Positions 40,978-51,922 are shown, counted from the stretch's first letter. The stretch: DNA of 64,000 nucleotides from Candidatus Dadabacteria bacterium (GCA_963805855.1 CAWDVW010000002.1:256001-320000), one strand, 5' to 3'. The notes: generated by a model not told the origin, from the sequence alone. Translations and numbers: made by a program.

Positions 40978-41810
40978 GCAGCCTCCCCTAGTTCCTTTAG
41001 GGCTATATTGAGTTCTTCATCGTTCGGGGCAACGCCATGATATTGCCCCTTGTTTTCGAATATTGAAATACCTTTACCCTTAATAGTGTTAGCAATTATC
41101 ACAAATGGTTTGCCCTTTACGCTTTTCGCCCTGTCAAGCGCTTTTAGGATACCATTGATGTCATGCCCGTCTTTGAGCACCTCAACCTCCCATCCAAAAG
41201 CCCTCCATTTGTCCGGTACGGGCTCTATATCTTTAATTTTATCCATAGCACCATCATTCTGAAATCCGTTTCTATCTACCAGTGCGCATAAATTGTCGAG
41301 CCGCCGATAAGATGAACTGGTAATCGCCTCCCAAGTCGCCCCCTCCTGCAGCTCTCCATCACTCAGAAGCACGTACACTCTTATATCTTTACCGTCAATT
41401 TTTGCTGCCAAGGCTATACCATTCGCTGCCGAGAGACCATGTCCCAAAGAGCCCGTGGTTGCCTCGATCCCAATACTAGGGTCGTACTCGGGATGGCCCT
41501 GCAGGCGACTTCCCGGCTTTCTTAGGGTCATTAGCTCCTCTCGGGGGAAGTAACCTGCATTAGCAAGGACCGCATAAAGTGCAGGTACTCCATGCCCTTT
41601 AGAAAGAACAAACCTGTCTCTATTACTCCATCTAGGATTATTTGGATCGTGCCTCATGTGAGAGAAATATAGAGAAACTAAAATCTCTACAGAAGACAAT
41701 GAACCACCGGTGTGTCCGGATTTTGCTTTGTGAAGTGCTTTCAGGATATCAATTCTTACCTTTCTGGCAATTTCTTTAAGAGCAACAGGATCGCTAGTTT
41801 TTTTCAACAT
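40974..41810 (-). CDS. Transketolase, N-terminal subunit
   Basis: SGH.GG, DRFVLSKGH, LQGHP, GSLGHG, DGE.QEG. Confidence 0.93.
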   Translation of the reverse strand: MLKKTSDPVALKEIARKVRIDILKALHKAKSGHTGGSLSSVEILVSLYFSHMRHDPNNPRWSNRDRFVLSKGHGVPALYAVLANAGYFPREELMTLRKPGSRLQGHPEYDPSIGIEATTGSLGHGLSAANGIALAAKIDGKDIRVYVLLSDGELQEGATWEAITSSSYRRLDNLCALVDRNGFQNDGAMDKIKDIEPVPDKWRAFGWEVEVLKDGHDINGILKALDRAKSVKGKPFVIIANTIKGKGISIFENKGQYHGVAPNDEELNIALKELGEAA

Positions 41811-42005
41811 TGCATCAGTCCCCTTTTACCCTTCTCAAGCCCATTTTAGATTTTTGTCAGAATAAGAATTATGATCAAAATCAAGTATAATATAAACTTA
41901 CATCTAGAGTTGTCAAACACACCAAGATTAGGGGTTGATCCCGATATAATGGCCGACCTTACTTTCTTGAACTAATAACCAAAATAAGCTATTTTTATTC
42001 TCCGC

Positions 42006-42021
42006 TGGCACAGGTATTGCT
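42006..42021 (+). promoter_or_regulatory. sigma54 (-24/-12) promoter motif
   Basis: TGGCAC-AGGTA-TTGCT matches TGGCAC-N5-TTGCW. Confidence 0.65.
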
Positions 42022-42024
42022 AAA

Positions 42025-42255
42025 ATGAAAAGGCTAATCTTGGCGATTATCGATAAATTAATTGAAACTTATAATTACAGCGTGATACAAATCTCAAAGG
42101 ACTGGTTCATTCCGCTCAGGTTACTCTATATAGGTGCGGCGCTAATAGCGTATATCTTTTCTATTCTCGTAATCATAACTGTGGTGTTAATTGTTGTTTT
42201 AATTGTAATTCCATTATCCCTGTTTACGGAAAGAGAAACCGGAACAATCCGATAG
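42025..42255 (+). CDS. Small hydrophobic membrane protein (start uncertain)
   Basis: Long hydrophobic stretch. Confidence 0.5.
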   Translation: MKRLILAIIDKLIETYNYSVIQISKDWFIPLRLLYIGAALIAYIFSILVIITVVLIVVLIVIPLSLFTERETGTIR

Positions 42256-42325
42256 GAACTTCTTTGAATTTAGCAATCCTAAGTGTTCTCTATTAAACTA
42301 ATTACTATACATCAATAAATTTATT

Positions 42326-43078
42326 ATGAGAACGAAACTTGAGTCCCGTATAGATAAAACAAATATCCCGGCACATATAGCCATAATAATGGACGGGAAT
42401 GGCAGATGGGCCGAGAGAAAGGGAATTGATCGACTTAGCGGTCACAGGGAAGGCATGAAATCTGTTCGATCGGTGGTCAAGGCTGCGAATGAGTTAGGAA
42501 TAAGATTGGTGACTCTATATGCGTTTTCAGAACAGAATTGGAAAAGACCTAAAGTTGAAGTCGACGCACTCATGGAACTCTTAAAACAATATCTTCTTAG
42601 AGAGCGAAAGAGGCTTGTGAAGAACGGAATTAGGTTAAATGCGATTGGAAGATTATGGGAACTTCCTAAAGATGTATTTCTGGTTTTAATGGAAACAATA
42701 GAGATGACGAAAGAATGCAATTCCCTAATCTTAACACTCGCCTTGAGTTACGGAGGCAGAGAGGAAATCGTTGACGCTGTTAAAGAAATTATTTCGACCC
42801 GGAATATACTACCAGACGATTTAAATGAACAAAGCTTTTCAAATTATCTATACACAGTTGATCTTCCCGAGCCTGATCTTCTCATTAGAACAAGCGGTGA
42901 GTTTAGGCTTTCTAACTTTCTCCTGTGGCAGCTGGCATATACCGAGATATATGTCACTAAAACTCTGTGGCCTGATTTTAGAAAGAAACACCTGATAAAA
43001 GCCCTGATAAACTATCAAAGCCGAGAAAGAAGATTCGGACTCACTAGCGACCAAACTGGAAAGAGGAAAGTCCCGTGA
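42326..43078 (+). CDS. uppS: Undecaprenyl diphosphate synthase
   Basis: IMDGNGRW, FS..NW.RP, YGGR, IRTSGE.RLSNF, RRFG. Confidence 0.96.
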   Translation: MRTKLESRIDKTNIPAHIAIIMDGNGRWAERKGIDRLSGHREGMKSVRSVVKAANELGIRLVTLYAFSEQNWKRPKVEVDALMELLKQYLLRERKRLVKNGIRLNAIGRLWELPKDVFLVLMETIEMTKECNSLILTLALSYGGREEIVDAVKEIISTRNILPDDLNEQSFSNYLYTVDLPEPDLLIRTSGEFRLSNFLLWQLAYTEIYVTKTLWPDFRKKHLIKALINYQSRERRFGLTSDQTGKRKVP

Positions 43079-44241
43079 AATACATATCAATCCTCGGTTC
43101 CACAGGCTCTATAGGCCGCCAAACGCTAGAAGTCATATCAAGATTTCCTGACGAATTTCGCGTCTTAGGACTGGCGGCGGGTAGAAATATATCCCTGCTT
43201 AAAAAACAAATCCGCATTTTTAAACCCAAAATAGTATCTGTCAAAGACAAGCATAAAGCAATTCTGCTATCCAGAGAATTCCCTAATGACTCGATTGAAT
43301 TTCATTACAGCGATTCCGGTGCTGAAACTATTGCAACTCATCCCGAAGTCGATCTGGTGGTCTCAGCCATGGTGGGGTCGTCCGGCCTTAAGCCTACCCT
43401 AGCAGCAGTGGAATCATCAAAGAACATCGCACTTGCCAATAAAGAAGTTCTCGTAATGGCAGGAGGCTTATTAACAGGAAGGGCTAGGAAAAAAGGCATT
43501 AAAATTTTGCCTGTAGATAGTGAACACAGCGCAATATTCCAGGTACTAGACAGAACAAATAGGGAGCACGTGAAGAGAATCATTCTGACAGCATCAGGAG
43601 GACCATTACGTAAAACCCCAAAAAAATATTTCAAAGACGTAACTCTCGAAAAGGTGCTTGATCACCCCACATGGAGCATGGGCAAGAAAATAACGATTGA
43701 TTCGGCAACGCTTATGAATAAGGGATTTGAAGTAATTGAGGCTAAATGGCTCTTCGAAATGGAGCCCTCTAAGATCTCAGTATGGATTCATCCCCAAAGC
43801 ATAGTTCACTCTATGGTAGAATACATCGATGGCTCGATAATCGCTCAATTGAGCGAACCAGATATGAAGATTCCAATCTCATATGCCCTGGCCTACCCTG
43901 AAAGAATGCATATAAATGGAAAGGTAGTATCACCAACCGACTTTAAGAAATTGACGTTCGAGGATGTGAAATCCGACAAGTTTCCTGCACTCCAATTAGC
44001 CTATGAAGCCATAGAGGAGGGCGGCACAATGCCGGCCGTATTAAATGCGGCAAATGAAGTTGCGGTTGAATCTTTTCTCAATAATGAGTTAAAATTCACT
44101 GATATACTAAAAATTGTAAAGCGTGTAATGTCTCTTCATACAAAACTTCCTGGCGATGACATTGATCAGATTCTTGAAACTGACAACTGGGCAAGGATGA
44201 CGGCATTATCACAAATTAGAAAAAAGGGAGTAAAACAATAA
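43075..44241 (+). CDS. dxr: 1-deoxy-D-xylulose-5-phosphate reductoisomerase
   Basis: LGSTGSIG, LANKE, PVDSEH, HP.W.MG.KITIDSAT, NAANE. Confidence 0.97.
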   Translation: MKYISILGSTGSIGRQTLEVISRFPDEFRVLGLAAGRNISLLKKQIRIFKPKIVSVKDKHKAILLSREFPNDSIEFHYSDSGAETIATHPEVDLVVSAMVGSSGLKPTLAAVESSKNIALANKEVLVMAGGLLTGRARKKGIKILPVDSEHSAIFQVLDRTNREHVKRIILTASGGPLRKTPKKYFKDVTLEKVLDHPTWSMGKKITIDSATLMNKGFEVIEAKWLFEMEPSKISVWIHPQSIVHSMVEYIDGSIIAQLSEPDMKIPISYALAYPERMHINGKVVSPTDFKKLTFEDVKSDKFPALQLAYEAIEEGGTMPAVLNAANEVAVESFLNNELKFTDILKIVKRVMSLHTKLPGDDIDQILETDNWARMTALSQIRKKGVKQ

Positions 44242-45840
44242 ATGACAGTATTAGCATTCATCTTTGTAATAGGAATTTTGGTATTCATACATGAACTCGG
44301 GCATTTCCTCGTAGCAAAATGGAAGGGGGTCAGGGTAGAAAAATTCTCATTGGGTTTTGGCAAAAAACTACTGGGTTTTACGGCTGGCGAAACTGAGTAC
44401 TTGATCTCACTGCTTCCCCTCGGAGGTTATGTAAAGCTATATGGAGAAGGAGGAGAGGGAAACCTCGTCATTGAAGATGTGATGCCAAATTCGAAGGCCG
44501 ACAAAATAGGATTCAAACCGGGCGACAAAATACTAAAAATTGATGATATCGATCTGGCCTCTTTCCCCACCTGGAAGGAATTGGCAAACACCTTGAGAAC
44601 CAACAATGAAAAGGAATATATATTCGAAATAGACAGGCAGGACGAGAAAATACAGATAAATTCCATGGCTGAGAGCTTGGACGGTCTAAACGTGTTTTCC
44701 GAAAAGGAGTATCCCAGGAGCTTTTCCAATAAATCGATCGCTAGCAGATTAATGATTGTTGTTGCCGGTCCATTCATGAACTTCCTTCTACCTTTTCTTT
44801 TCTTGCCGATTGTTTTTTTAATCGGTATCAGTGTTCCGGCCTACCTTGAGAGCGCACCCGTCGTTGGATATGTTGAGCCTAATTCTGCTGCGAGTAAAGC
44901 GGGTTTCGAGAAAGGCGATGTTGTAAAAGAGATAAATGGGAAGGCAATAAAATCATGGAGAGATCTGAACATAACATTCCAATCAAACCCTGATATACCG
45001 CTAACTGTCGTCGTCAACAGAAATGGGACTACGAAATCGATTGAATTCAAATCCTCACCGTCTTCTCAGGGTGTGGTCGAAGTTGGTATTTCAGAACCAC
45101 TCGAAGCCAAAATCGGAGACGTAATAGAGGGTAGCCCGGCCGCACAAAGCGGGGCATTACGAAAAGGGGACCAAATACTGGTGGCAAACGGTAAAAAAAT
45201 AACAGATTGGTATCAGATGTCTTCTATAATCAGAGATAGCGGAGAAAAAGAAATTTCCCTCCTTGTTAAAAGGGGTGATAAACAGTTCAACGTGAGTCTC
45301 ATCCCTAAAATCATAGAGGGGGGCACTTATCCCGCAATCGGAATCACTCCAGAACGCGAGCAGCTCCTTAAAAAGTACGGGTTTATTGATGCGATCATCG
45401 AAGGGATAAAAGAAGCGGCAAAACTGATATTTGAGGTTACTGTCCTTCTATTTTCTTTTCTTTTCAAGCTTATTACCGGAAAAATATCCTTGGGAACCGC
45501 GGGCAAGAGCCTAGCAGGACCACTACTGATCGCTAAGGTCTCGGGGTCTGCGGCAGAAAGTGGCATAGCGTCACTCATGCAATTCACAGCATTTATAAGT
45601 ATTAACCTTGCCATTATAAACCTTTTTCCGATACCAATGCTTGACGGAGGGCATGTTCTATATCTAGCAATCGAGTCAATAAAGAGAAAACCCCTGAGTC
45701 AGAGGACCCTTGAGATAAGTCAACGTATTGGATTTACACTTTTAATCTTTATAATGTTTGTAGCGATATTTAATGACATATCAAGGCTAAAGGGCTCAAT
45801 CATCGAATCACTAAGCCGAGTACTTGAAGCCTTTCGTTGA
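44242..45840 (+). CDS. rseP: Site-2 protease RseP with three PDZ-like domains
   Basis: HELGH, FSLGFG, PLGGYV, AGP..N, NLFPIP.LDGG. Confidence 0.94.
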   Translation: MTVLAFIFVIGILVFIHELGHFLVAKWKGVRVEKFSLGFGKKLLGFTAGETEYLISLLPLGGYVKLYGEGGEGNLVIEDVMPNSKADKIGFKPGDKILKIDDIDLASFPTWKELANTLRTNNEKEYIFEIDRQDEKIQINSMAESLDGLNVFSEKEYPRSFSNKSIASRLMIVVAGPFMNFLLPFLFLPIVFLIGISVPAYLESAPVVGYVEPNSAASKAGFEKGDVVKEINGKAIKSWRDLNITFQSNPDIPLTVVVNRNGTTKSIEFKSSPSSQGVVEVGISEPLEAKIGDVIEGSPAAQSGALRKGDQILVANGKKITDWYQMSSIIRDSGEKEISLLVKRGDKQFNVSLIPKIIEGGTYPAIGITPEREQLLKKYGFIDAIIEGIKEAAKLIFEVTVLLFSFLFKLITGKISLGTAGKSLAGPLLIAKVSGSAAESGIASLMQFTAFISINLAIINLFPIPMLDGGHVLYLAIESIKRKPLSQRTLEISQRIGFTLLIFIMFVAIFNDISRLKGSIIESLSRVLEAFR

Positions 45841-45889
45841 GCGCCAGTATTCTTGAGTGTTATAGAACTAACTATATTAAAGCATAAAA

Positions 45890-46871
45890 ATGACTCCGCA
45901 TAGATTGACCTCTGCCAGAGATTTGCCATACTCATATCTTTCTAATATATTCAAGGTCTTCAACATCAGAAGGGCTGACCGCGTATCCACTCGTCCAACA
46001 AAAGAAGGAATAACCTTTCTCGCCCTCTCCATATTTGTAGGTGTTGCCGCCTTAAATACCGGCAATAATCTACTCTATTTGATTTTCGGCATGATGCTCA
46101 GCTTCATCGCTATATCGGGATTTATGTCTATGATAAACCTATCGAGAATCGATGTTGGATCTGTAACCCCTCAGAACGTTTTTGCCCTGACACCAATATC
46201 CATTAAACTTCTTATCACAAATAAGAAGATTTTATTGCCTTCTTATTCCATCACGGTGGAAGTCGACAAAGAAAAGGGCTTCATATCATATTTACCTGCG
46301 AAGGCTACAAAAAAAGTCAACATAAGGTGTTTCTTCAAGCACAGAGGTTGGAACGAAATTCCAGACATATTCATTTCAACAAGCTTCCCATTTGGATTCT
46401 TCAGGAAGAGGGTCTTAACAAAAACGGTCAACGAAGATGTTCTCGTATATCCTAAGATTGACGAAATTGATTTTAAAGAATCTATATTCAATCAATGGTC
46501 TGACGAAAAACAATCCGTTAAAACTGGATTAGGTAGTGATGTAAGATCCATCAGAACATACCAATACGGAGATAACCCTAAACTAATTCACTGGAAATCA
46601 TCGGCGAAGATTGGCGAATTAATGATTAGAGAGCTGCACGATGATGAATCGAAAAGCGCAGTAATTCGAATTCAATCCTTCCGATGATAAAACAAAGATT
46701 GAAATTCAGATTACCAGAGCAGCCTCTCTGTTATTAGAATTGGTAAGGCAAGAATATGAAGTCGAATTTATAGCTCCCAACGTAACATTCTCAAGCTCCG
46801 ACATCGGAAGATCTCCAAGATCAGTTTTGAGATACCTAGCCCTTTACAACGGCGGGGTCAGGCCTGAATAA
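45890..46871 (+). CDS. DUF58-domain protein; apparent 1-nt frameshift at ~46664-46667
   Basis: NNLLY, FPFG, LVYP, R.Y..GD....IHWK.SA; shifted frame continues EFNPSDD...RAASLL...LRYLAL...RPE*. Confidence 0.8.
46855..46871 (+). repeat. Left 17-bp inverted repeat of the accessory block
   Basis: GGGTCAGGCCTGAATAA; 16/17 match to the reverse complement of 53745-53761. Confidence 0.75.
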
Positions 46872-46924
46872 TTGAATTAATTACGGAAGCGCGGCTCCAC
46901 CATCCTGCGTCGTCGCTAAAACTA

Positions 46925-47160
46925 TCCCCCGGTCATACCCGCGGATTCCCCGTCAAAGTCATACGGGGACAAGCGTAAGCGGCAATCCTTGCTTTTCTTT
47001 TACCTCTGGATCCACGACTACTAATTTCGGGGATGGCAGAACAACTAAAAAAACTAAACCGAACAAAACCCGGTCATCCTGAGCCTTGTCGAAGGATGAT
47101 TTTAATACACGAAGTTGAGTAATCGCACTCTTCGATGTACTCAGTGTGAACGGGTTATTG
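46925..47160. repeat. REP-like cluster
   Basis: tccccgt...acgggga; ctggatccacgactac...cggggatg; gtcatcctgagccttgtcgaaggatga; cttcgatgtactcagtgtgaacgg. Confidence 0.75.
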
Positions 47161-47222
47161 TAGCGACTCAATAAATAAGGGACAACGAATGACAATTTTA
47201 AGTGTTCGTTGTCCTCATCTTT

Positions 47223-47615
47223 TTAAAGAAGTGATCTTACGTCTGCTATGCAATCACTTGCAAGAGCCTCTAGTTCCTCTTGAGCCTCAGGCTGCCTTGC
47301 AACATTTGCTATCAGCGCGGCTGAAATCATTCCCGAAGCCTCGCCCACCTCTCCCCGAGAAACTCGAGTGCCAAGAGCTTTGATTGCACTGACTGCACCT
47401 GATAATTCTTCCAAAATAACTTCGTCTGCATCGGGATTTCTTCCTATTCCCTCTAAAGCAGCAGCACATGCCAATGCTATCCCCCTTGCAGGTCCCTCTT
47501 GGGGTATTAAGAGTCGAGCATTTGCCACTGAATTTCCCGAAATACTTACTAGCAGCACTAGAAGTGAGCAAACCACAATGGATTGTTCCAGTGAGTTTTT
47601 CAACGAATCTTTCAT
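47223..47615 (-). CDS. Small exported helical protein with a Cys pair
   Basis: AGGAGG; signal peptide ending ANA. Confidence 0.7.
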   Translation of the reverse strand: MKDSLKNSLEQSIVVCSLLVLLVSISGNSVANARLLIPQEGPARGIALACAAALEGIGRNPDADEVILEELSGAVSAIKALGTRVSRGEVGEASGMISAALIANVARQPEAQEELEALASDCIADVRSLL

Positions 47616-47740
47616 GATATTCCTCCTTGCTGTCTAAAAGAATGTGTTAATAATTTTTGTGCTTCTTTCCAAGAAAGAGAGCAATTATACAGGGGTTTGT
47701 AAGCTGAAATTCTGCTGCCAAACCCCTGGGTAACTACAAT

Positions 47741-50188
47741 TTACTTCTTCTTTCCACAACTAGATTGTCCTGCCTCTGAGACTATGATGTCCTTCTCGGC
47801 TTCCGTGATCAGACCATCCGCCACAAAGTCCTCCGATGCATGGGCAACGCAGCTTACATAAGCTCCGTGGTTCTTCCAATCGTTCTCGCATGGACAGAGC
47901 TGTTCTATGGAGCAACCATCAGCGTTGACGATCTCTCCAAGGGGTGTATCGGGACATTGGTCAAGACCTCCGTCTGGCACACCGTCTCCGTCGAGATCCG
48001 CTTCGCAGACATCTCCTATGCCATTGCCGTCGGTGTCCGTCTGGTCTGGATTGGCAGAAAACTGGCAGTTGTCGGGACCATTTACGCATACTCCGTCATT
48101 TTCAGGTAGGCTAGGTAAATCACATACACCATCATTATCGTCATCCGGATCGCATGCATCTCCGCTGGCATCCCCATCCGTGTCCAACTGATCTGAGTTT
48201 GCGGTATTCGGGCAATTGTCTACATCACCACAGGTTCCATCGTCATCCACGTCGTTGTAGGGGTCGTTAGGACAGGAATCACAGTAGTCAGGCACACCGT
48301 CCTCATCGGTATCGATTTTGTCATCCCCGCCGGGGCAAATATCGACACCGTCGGCCACACCGTCCCCGTCGTCGTCAGCAAGCGTGTAGATTGTAGCTGT
48401 GCCGACACTCGCCACGCTTTCCACTGTAGCCGGCGCGCCTACAGCAAACCGCGTGCCGCCGAGGGCCAACGATCGGCCGAACCCGCCGTCCAGCTCTGCG
48501 TTTGGGGGATGAATGTCAGCCACCATCGTCCAGGGGCTCGAGCGGAGATACAGGAACGCTAGGCCCGATCTCAGGGGGGATGCACTGCAGCCGGGACAGC
48601 CAACTAGGAGAAGTCTTCCATCATCGGACATATCCAGGGACGCACCGAACTCGCCGTCGGTCTGAGCACCGATCAGCTGTTGGCTGAGGGTTCCTGGGCT
48701 GTTGAAGTCATAGATATACACCGCGCCCGTCCCACCTTTCTGAGGAGCTCCAACTGCGAGATGCGGGTTCGATGACAGCGCCACTGCTTTACCGAACCGA
48801 TCACCTGCGGACCCGTCGAATGGATTGATGATCTGCTCCTTGATTAGGGGGCTGCTGCTGAGGAACATGATGGCGCGGCCCGTGCCGGCATTGTACCCGG
48901 GCGCACCGACCGCGATCCGGTAGCTGCCAACCTTCTTTATATCGACCGAACTCCCGAACTCTGAACCCGCGCTGAGGTCACCCGAGGTGAGAAGAGTACT
49001 CAGAGTAGCGGTCAGAACTGGCGGACTGCTGATGGTGAACTCGTAGGCGTCACCTGCGTCGACACCGAAGCTGTTGTCCCGCCCAGGCGCACCGACTACG
49101 AGCGTCGTACTGCTCGTCTTAGCCCAGGCAAGAGCGGCTCCAAAATTCATTCCACGGGACGCGGGAGGATTCGGCATCACTCCGAACGCCGGAGGCGAAA
49201 GCACATAGGTATGGCTCCAAGTCGGGTTACAGTAGACATGCACAGCGCCACAGTCAGCTATGGCTATGGGGGGGGTGTTAGGGTTATTGTCATCATCAGC
49301 CACGCAATCCTCGCCCGGTGCTCCCACCGCCAGGCAGGTGTCCGCGGGATCGGGATCGAAAGCAAGTGCCGAGCCAAACCCCGCACCCTCTTCTGGGACA
49401 GGCGCAACCAGCGAGGCTTCGCGCTCCCAACTGGGAGGGCTGTTTTCGACGACGACGCGGCGGTAGATATCTACCTTCTGAGCAGACGGTGCTCCCACCG
49501 CGGCCACGTCACCGTCTGAAGACATAGCCGTCGCAGCGCCGTATTCACTCCCGGTGGGGAGGCTCGCGTCGGTGAGGTCAGGGGCCTCTTCCTCCGGTTC
49601 GGGGGGTATAGTGTCGTACTCAACCACGTACGCTACCAATTGCGAGCATGCCCTGTCATTGAACCCCCCAGCCCGCAGCTCCAGGCAGTCGGAATCATTC
49701 GGGGAGTTGTTAGGCTCATTTGCATTCCAGAAATCGACGAAGGTCTCCCCTGTAACCAGCTCCCAGCCGTCGGCGGGCTCGAGGGCCACGGAGGGCTGAA
49801 ACCCTCCGAGCCACGCATTACCGCTCGTCAGGTTGTTTACGATGAAGAGGCGTTCGTCCTCCGAAGTAATCGTCGCCAAGTGGCCTGGAACCCCCTCGAC
49901 CATAAGGGCTTCGGCTGCCATTTCTGCATCGGACCAGCTCGCACCGGTGGTGATCAGCTGGTACCAGTGGTGATTTCCTCCGTCCCCGATTGACCACCGC
50001 ACGAGTTGAGCCCAGGATGTGGATGACCACCCTAACATGCCGAGAACGATGATCGCATGTATCCAAGTGGTTCTGAAACCCTTCCTAGGTAGTGCATCCC
50101 CCAAATCCTGATTGACATAGGAGTTGAGCCCCGAAGTTGAGGCTAACCGTACTATGATTGACAAAACCTTTTTGAGCAATGTACTCAT
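47741..50188 (-). CDS. Secreted protein: C-type lectin-like + FG-GAP repeats + thrombospondin type-3 repeats
   Basis: GHLATITS.....WLGG...W...EPNN...C; repeated FG....A[VL]GAP; D.D.DG..D.CD.C repeats; C-terminal CPC...NHG.YVSCV; visibly GC-richer than host genes. Confidence 0.88.
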   Translation of the reverse strand: MSTLLKKVLSIIVRLASTSGLNSYVNQDLGDALPRKGFRTTWIHAIIVLGMLGWSSTSWAQLVRWSIGDGGNHHWYQLITTGASWSDAEMAAEALMVEGVPGHLATITSEDERLFIVNNLTSGNAWLGGFQPSVALEPADGWELVTGETFVDFWNANEPNNSPNDSDCLELRAGGFNDRACSQLVAYVVEYDTIPPEPEEEAPDLTDASLPTGSEYGAATAMSSDGDVAAVGAPSAQKVDIYRRVVVENSPPSWEREASLVAPVPEEGAGFGSALAFDPDPADTCLAVGAPGEDCVADDDNNPNTPPIAIADCGAVHVYCNPTWSHTYVLSPPAFGVMPNPPASRGMNFGAALAWAKTSSTTLVVGAPGRDNSFGVDAGDAYEFTISSPPVLTATLSTLLTSGDLSAGSEFGSSVDIKKVGSYRIAVGAPGYNAGTGRAIMFLSSSPLIKEQIINPFDGSAGDRFGKAVALSSNPHLAVGAPQKGGTGAVYIYDFNSPGTLSQQLIGAQTDGEFGASLDMSDDGRLLLVGCPGCSASPLRSGLAFLYLRSSPWTMVADIHPPNAELDGGFGRSLALGGTRFAVGAPATVESVASVGTATIYTLADDDGDGVADGVDICPGGDDKIDTDEDGVPDYCDSCPNDPYNDVDDDGTCGDVDNCPNTANSDQLDTDGDASGDACDPDDDNDGVCDLPSLPENDGVCVNGPDNCQFSANPDQTDTDGNGIGDVCEADLDGDGVPDGGLDQCPDTPLGEIVNADGCSIEQLCPCENDWKNHGAYVSCVAHASEDFVADGLITEAEKDIIVSEAGQSSCGKKK

Positions 50189-50298
50189 GATTTGCCTCCT
50201 TAATTAAGAGCTATTTCTTTTTAAATTCTTCTATCCTTTTTCCTTCTCTTTACTGAATAACATTTCCTTCCCAGCCAGCTTCCCGAATACTCGCATCA

Positions 50299-50332
50299 GG
50301 GACAGACACCTATTATTAAAAGTGTCTGTCCC
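50299..50332. terminator. Hairpin (terminator or REP-like)
   Basis: gggacagacac-ctattattaaaa-gtgtctgtccc, right after the stop of the 50348-51487 gene. Confidence 0.6.
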
Positions 50333-50347
50333 AATTTTTATTCAAAA

Positions 50348-51487
50348 TCACGGAGCAGGAGCGAGGTAGTCGTGTAGTATCTCACCCGCCGGCCAACCGA
50401 ACTCCCATTGAAAGTCGAAGTTCACACCGCCAAAGACCGCGTCAACACTTATATCATCCCCAATTGGATCGGCCACTGAGCTGCCAAACTCCACCGTCGC
50501 GGGACCATACATTACGTTCGACGGCATCTGGTCGTCGAAGGGTACCCGAGTTAGCTGAGCTACATCTAAGCCGCCCACAACCGATGGAATCAGCTTTATA
50601 TTCACGAATGGCGGGAAGATAAACGCCAGGTCTCCCGTTAAAGGGTTCCGAAAGGGAAGCCCAGTTGCCTGTTCGAACATGTTCAGTGCGGACTCATTTA
50701 GCGGAGCAGCGGACTGTGCGGTCAATGTTGCAAGTTTTGTCGGCTTTTTCGGAGCTTCACCCTCGATATCAAACTCCCCGTTCTCATTGATGGGCCTCAG
50801 ATCCTGCCGCTCGAAATCTATTTCCACTCGGCGATGCGATTCCTTCCTTTTCACCTCACCCAGCTTTAACGGACAGCCGCCGATCATGTCACAATATTTG
50901 TAATAGTTTGGATTGCTTACGTAAGAATGTATTGGAAACATCCCTACGACATTCCCATCCTCAGGATGACCTGGAAGATTCAGCTTTACCGGCGCAAGGA
51001 CTAGAGTGAATGCGCAATGGCCCAATGTGCTTCTCGGGCATGTACCACCAAAGGCGATCATGAGCCGTGTTTCCGGGGCTGCCGGCGGTTCAATGGTTTC
51101 CAGCTCATCTGGCACAAACTCCGAGAGATCAGAACTAGTCGCAAAGAATGCCGCTGTGAGCTTACAGTCTCTGAATTGAAACGGAGCGAGTTCGTACGGT
51201 GGTGCAGCTAAGGGAGGCAGTTGAACCTCATCTGGATCCGGATCCGTATTCACTTCAAAGGCAAATGCTTCCTTATAAGGAAGAAGTGCAACAGCCACTG
51301 CCAGAATGAGTGCCATGCTAGCCACAATCCATCGCGAAATTCCAGTTCGCTCCTCCAATTCTCCTGGCCAGGGCTCAGAAACGCGTCTATTGACCGAAAG
51401 TTCTCGGTTTGTTAGCACCCCTCTTAACAACCTTCTTGTTTCTGCGAAACAAAAATTAAATAAATCAATAATATTCAGATACCTCAT
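50348..51487 (-). CDS. Exported acetoacetate decarboxylase-like superfamily protein
   Basis: PPY.....F.D, L...VP.EL, G.P.KLG, N.KLIPSV, DP.......V patterns; signal peptide ending AFA. Confidence 0.65.
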   Translation of the reverse strand: MRYLNIIDLFNFCFAETRRLLRGVLTNRELSVNRRVSEPWPGELEERTGISRWIVASMALILAVAVALLPYKEAFAFEVNTDPDPDEVQLPPLAAPPYELAPFQFRDCKLTAAFFATSSDLSEFVPDELETIEPPAAPETRLMIAFGGTCPRSTLGHCAFTLVLAPVKLNLPGHPEDGNVVGMFPIHSYVSNPNYYKYCDMIGGCPLKLGEVKRKESHRRVEIDFERQDLRPINENGEFDIEGEAPKKPTKLATLTAQSAAPLNESALNMFEQATGLPFRNPLTGDLAFIFPPFVNIKLIPSVVGGLDVAQLTRVPFDDQMPSNVMYGPATVEFGSSVADPIGDDISVDAVFGGVNFDFQWEFGWPAGEILHDYLAPAP

Positions 51488-51588
51488 TTTGTACTACCTC
51501 CTTGAATAGTTGATATCCAATCCCTAATAAATTAATACATTAGAATTGATCACCCTTTCATGAAACTATAAATTCTCTTCAAATTCAA

Positions 51589-51639
51589 TAGGACTTTGGT
51601 CTGAGTTTAGTCGGAATTGAAATTAGGACTTAAGTCCTA
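51589..51639. promoter_or_regulatory. Two palindromic operator-like boxes
   Basis: TAGGACTTAAGTCCTA (51624-51639, perfect) and TAGGACTTTGGTCTGA (51589-51604). Confidence 0.65.
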
Positions 51640-51922
51640 GACTTTTAGTTTTAAAACCTAAGAAGGAGACACTTGAATCCCTCCCCAGCCCTTCTTTAAA
51701 TGGTTAATAAGTGAAGTATTCTCTAAGGCGAGTTTATTAAAGAAGGATTCAGGACGATCTCGCAATCTACTGGAGCGATTAAACTCTATTCTAAGAGGAG
51801 ACCGCCCTGAGATTATCTAAGCGGCAACTGCGGAGGGCCCCAATGTAGGTGGATATGGACACCGTCGGCGATGATAGAGTTCTAAGAGAGTGTGAGTGTA
51901 AATATCTAGGGCGTGAGGTTTT

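Noticed and set aside
39979..41810. Split transketolase as a novelty
   Set aside because: Two-subunit transketolases are common.
51674..51750. Long imperfect hairpin as an ncRNA
   Set aside because: Short arms with a large loop and no family motif; more likely a terminator or decayed repeat.
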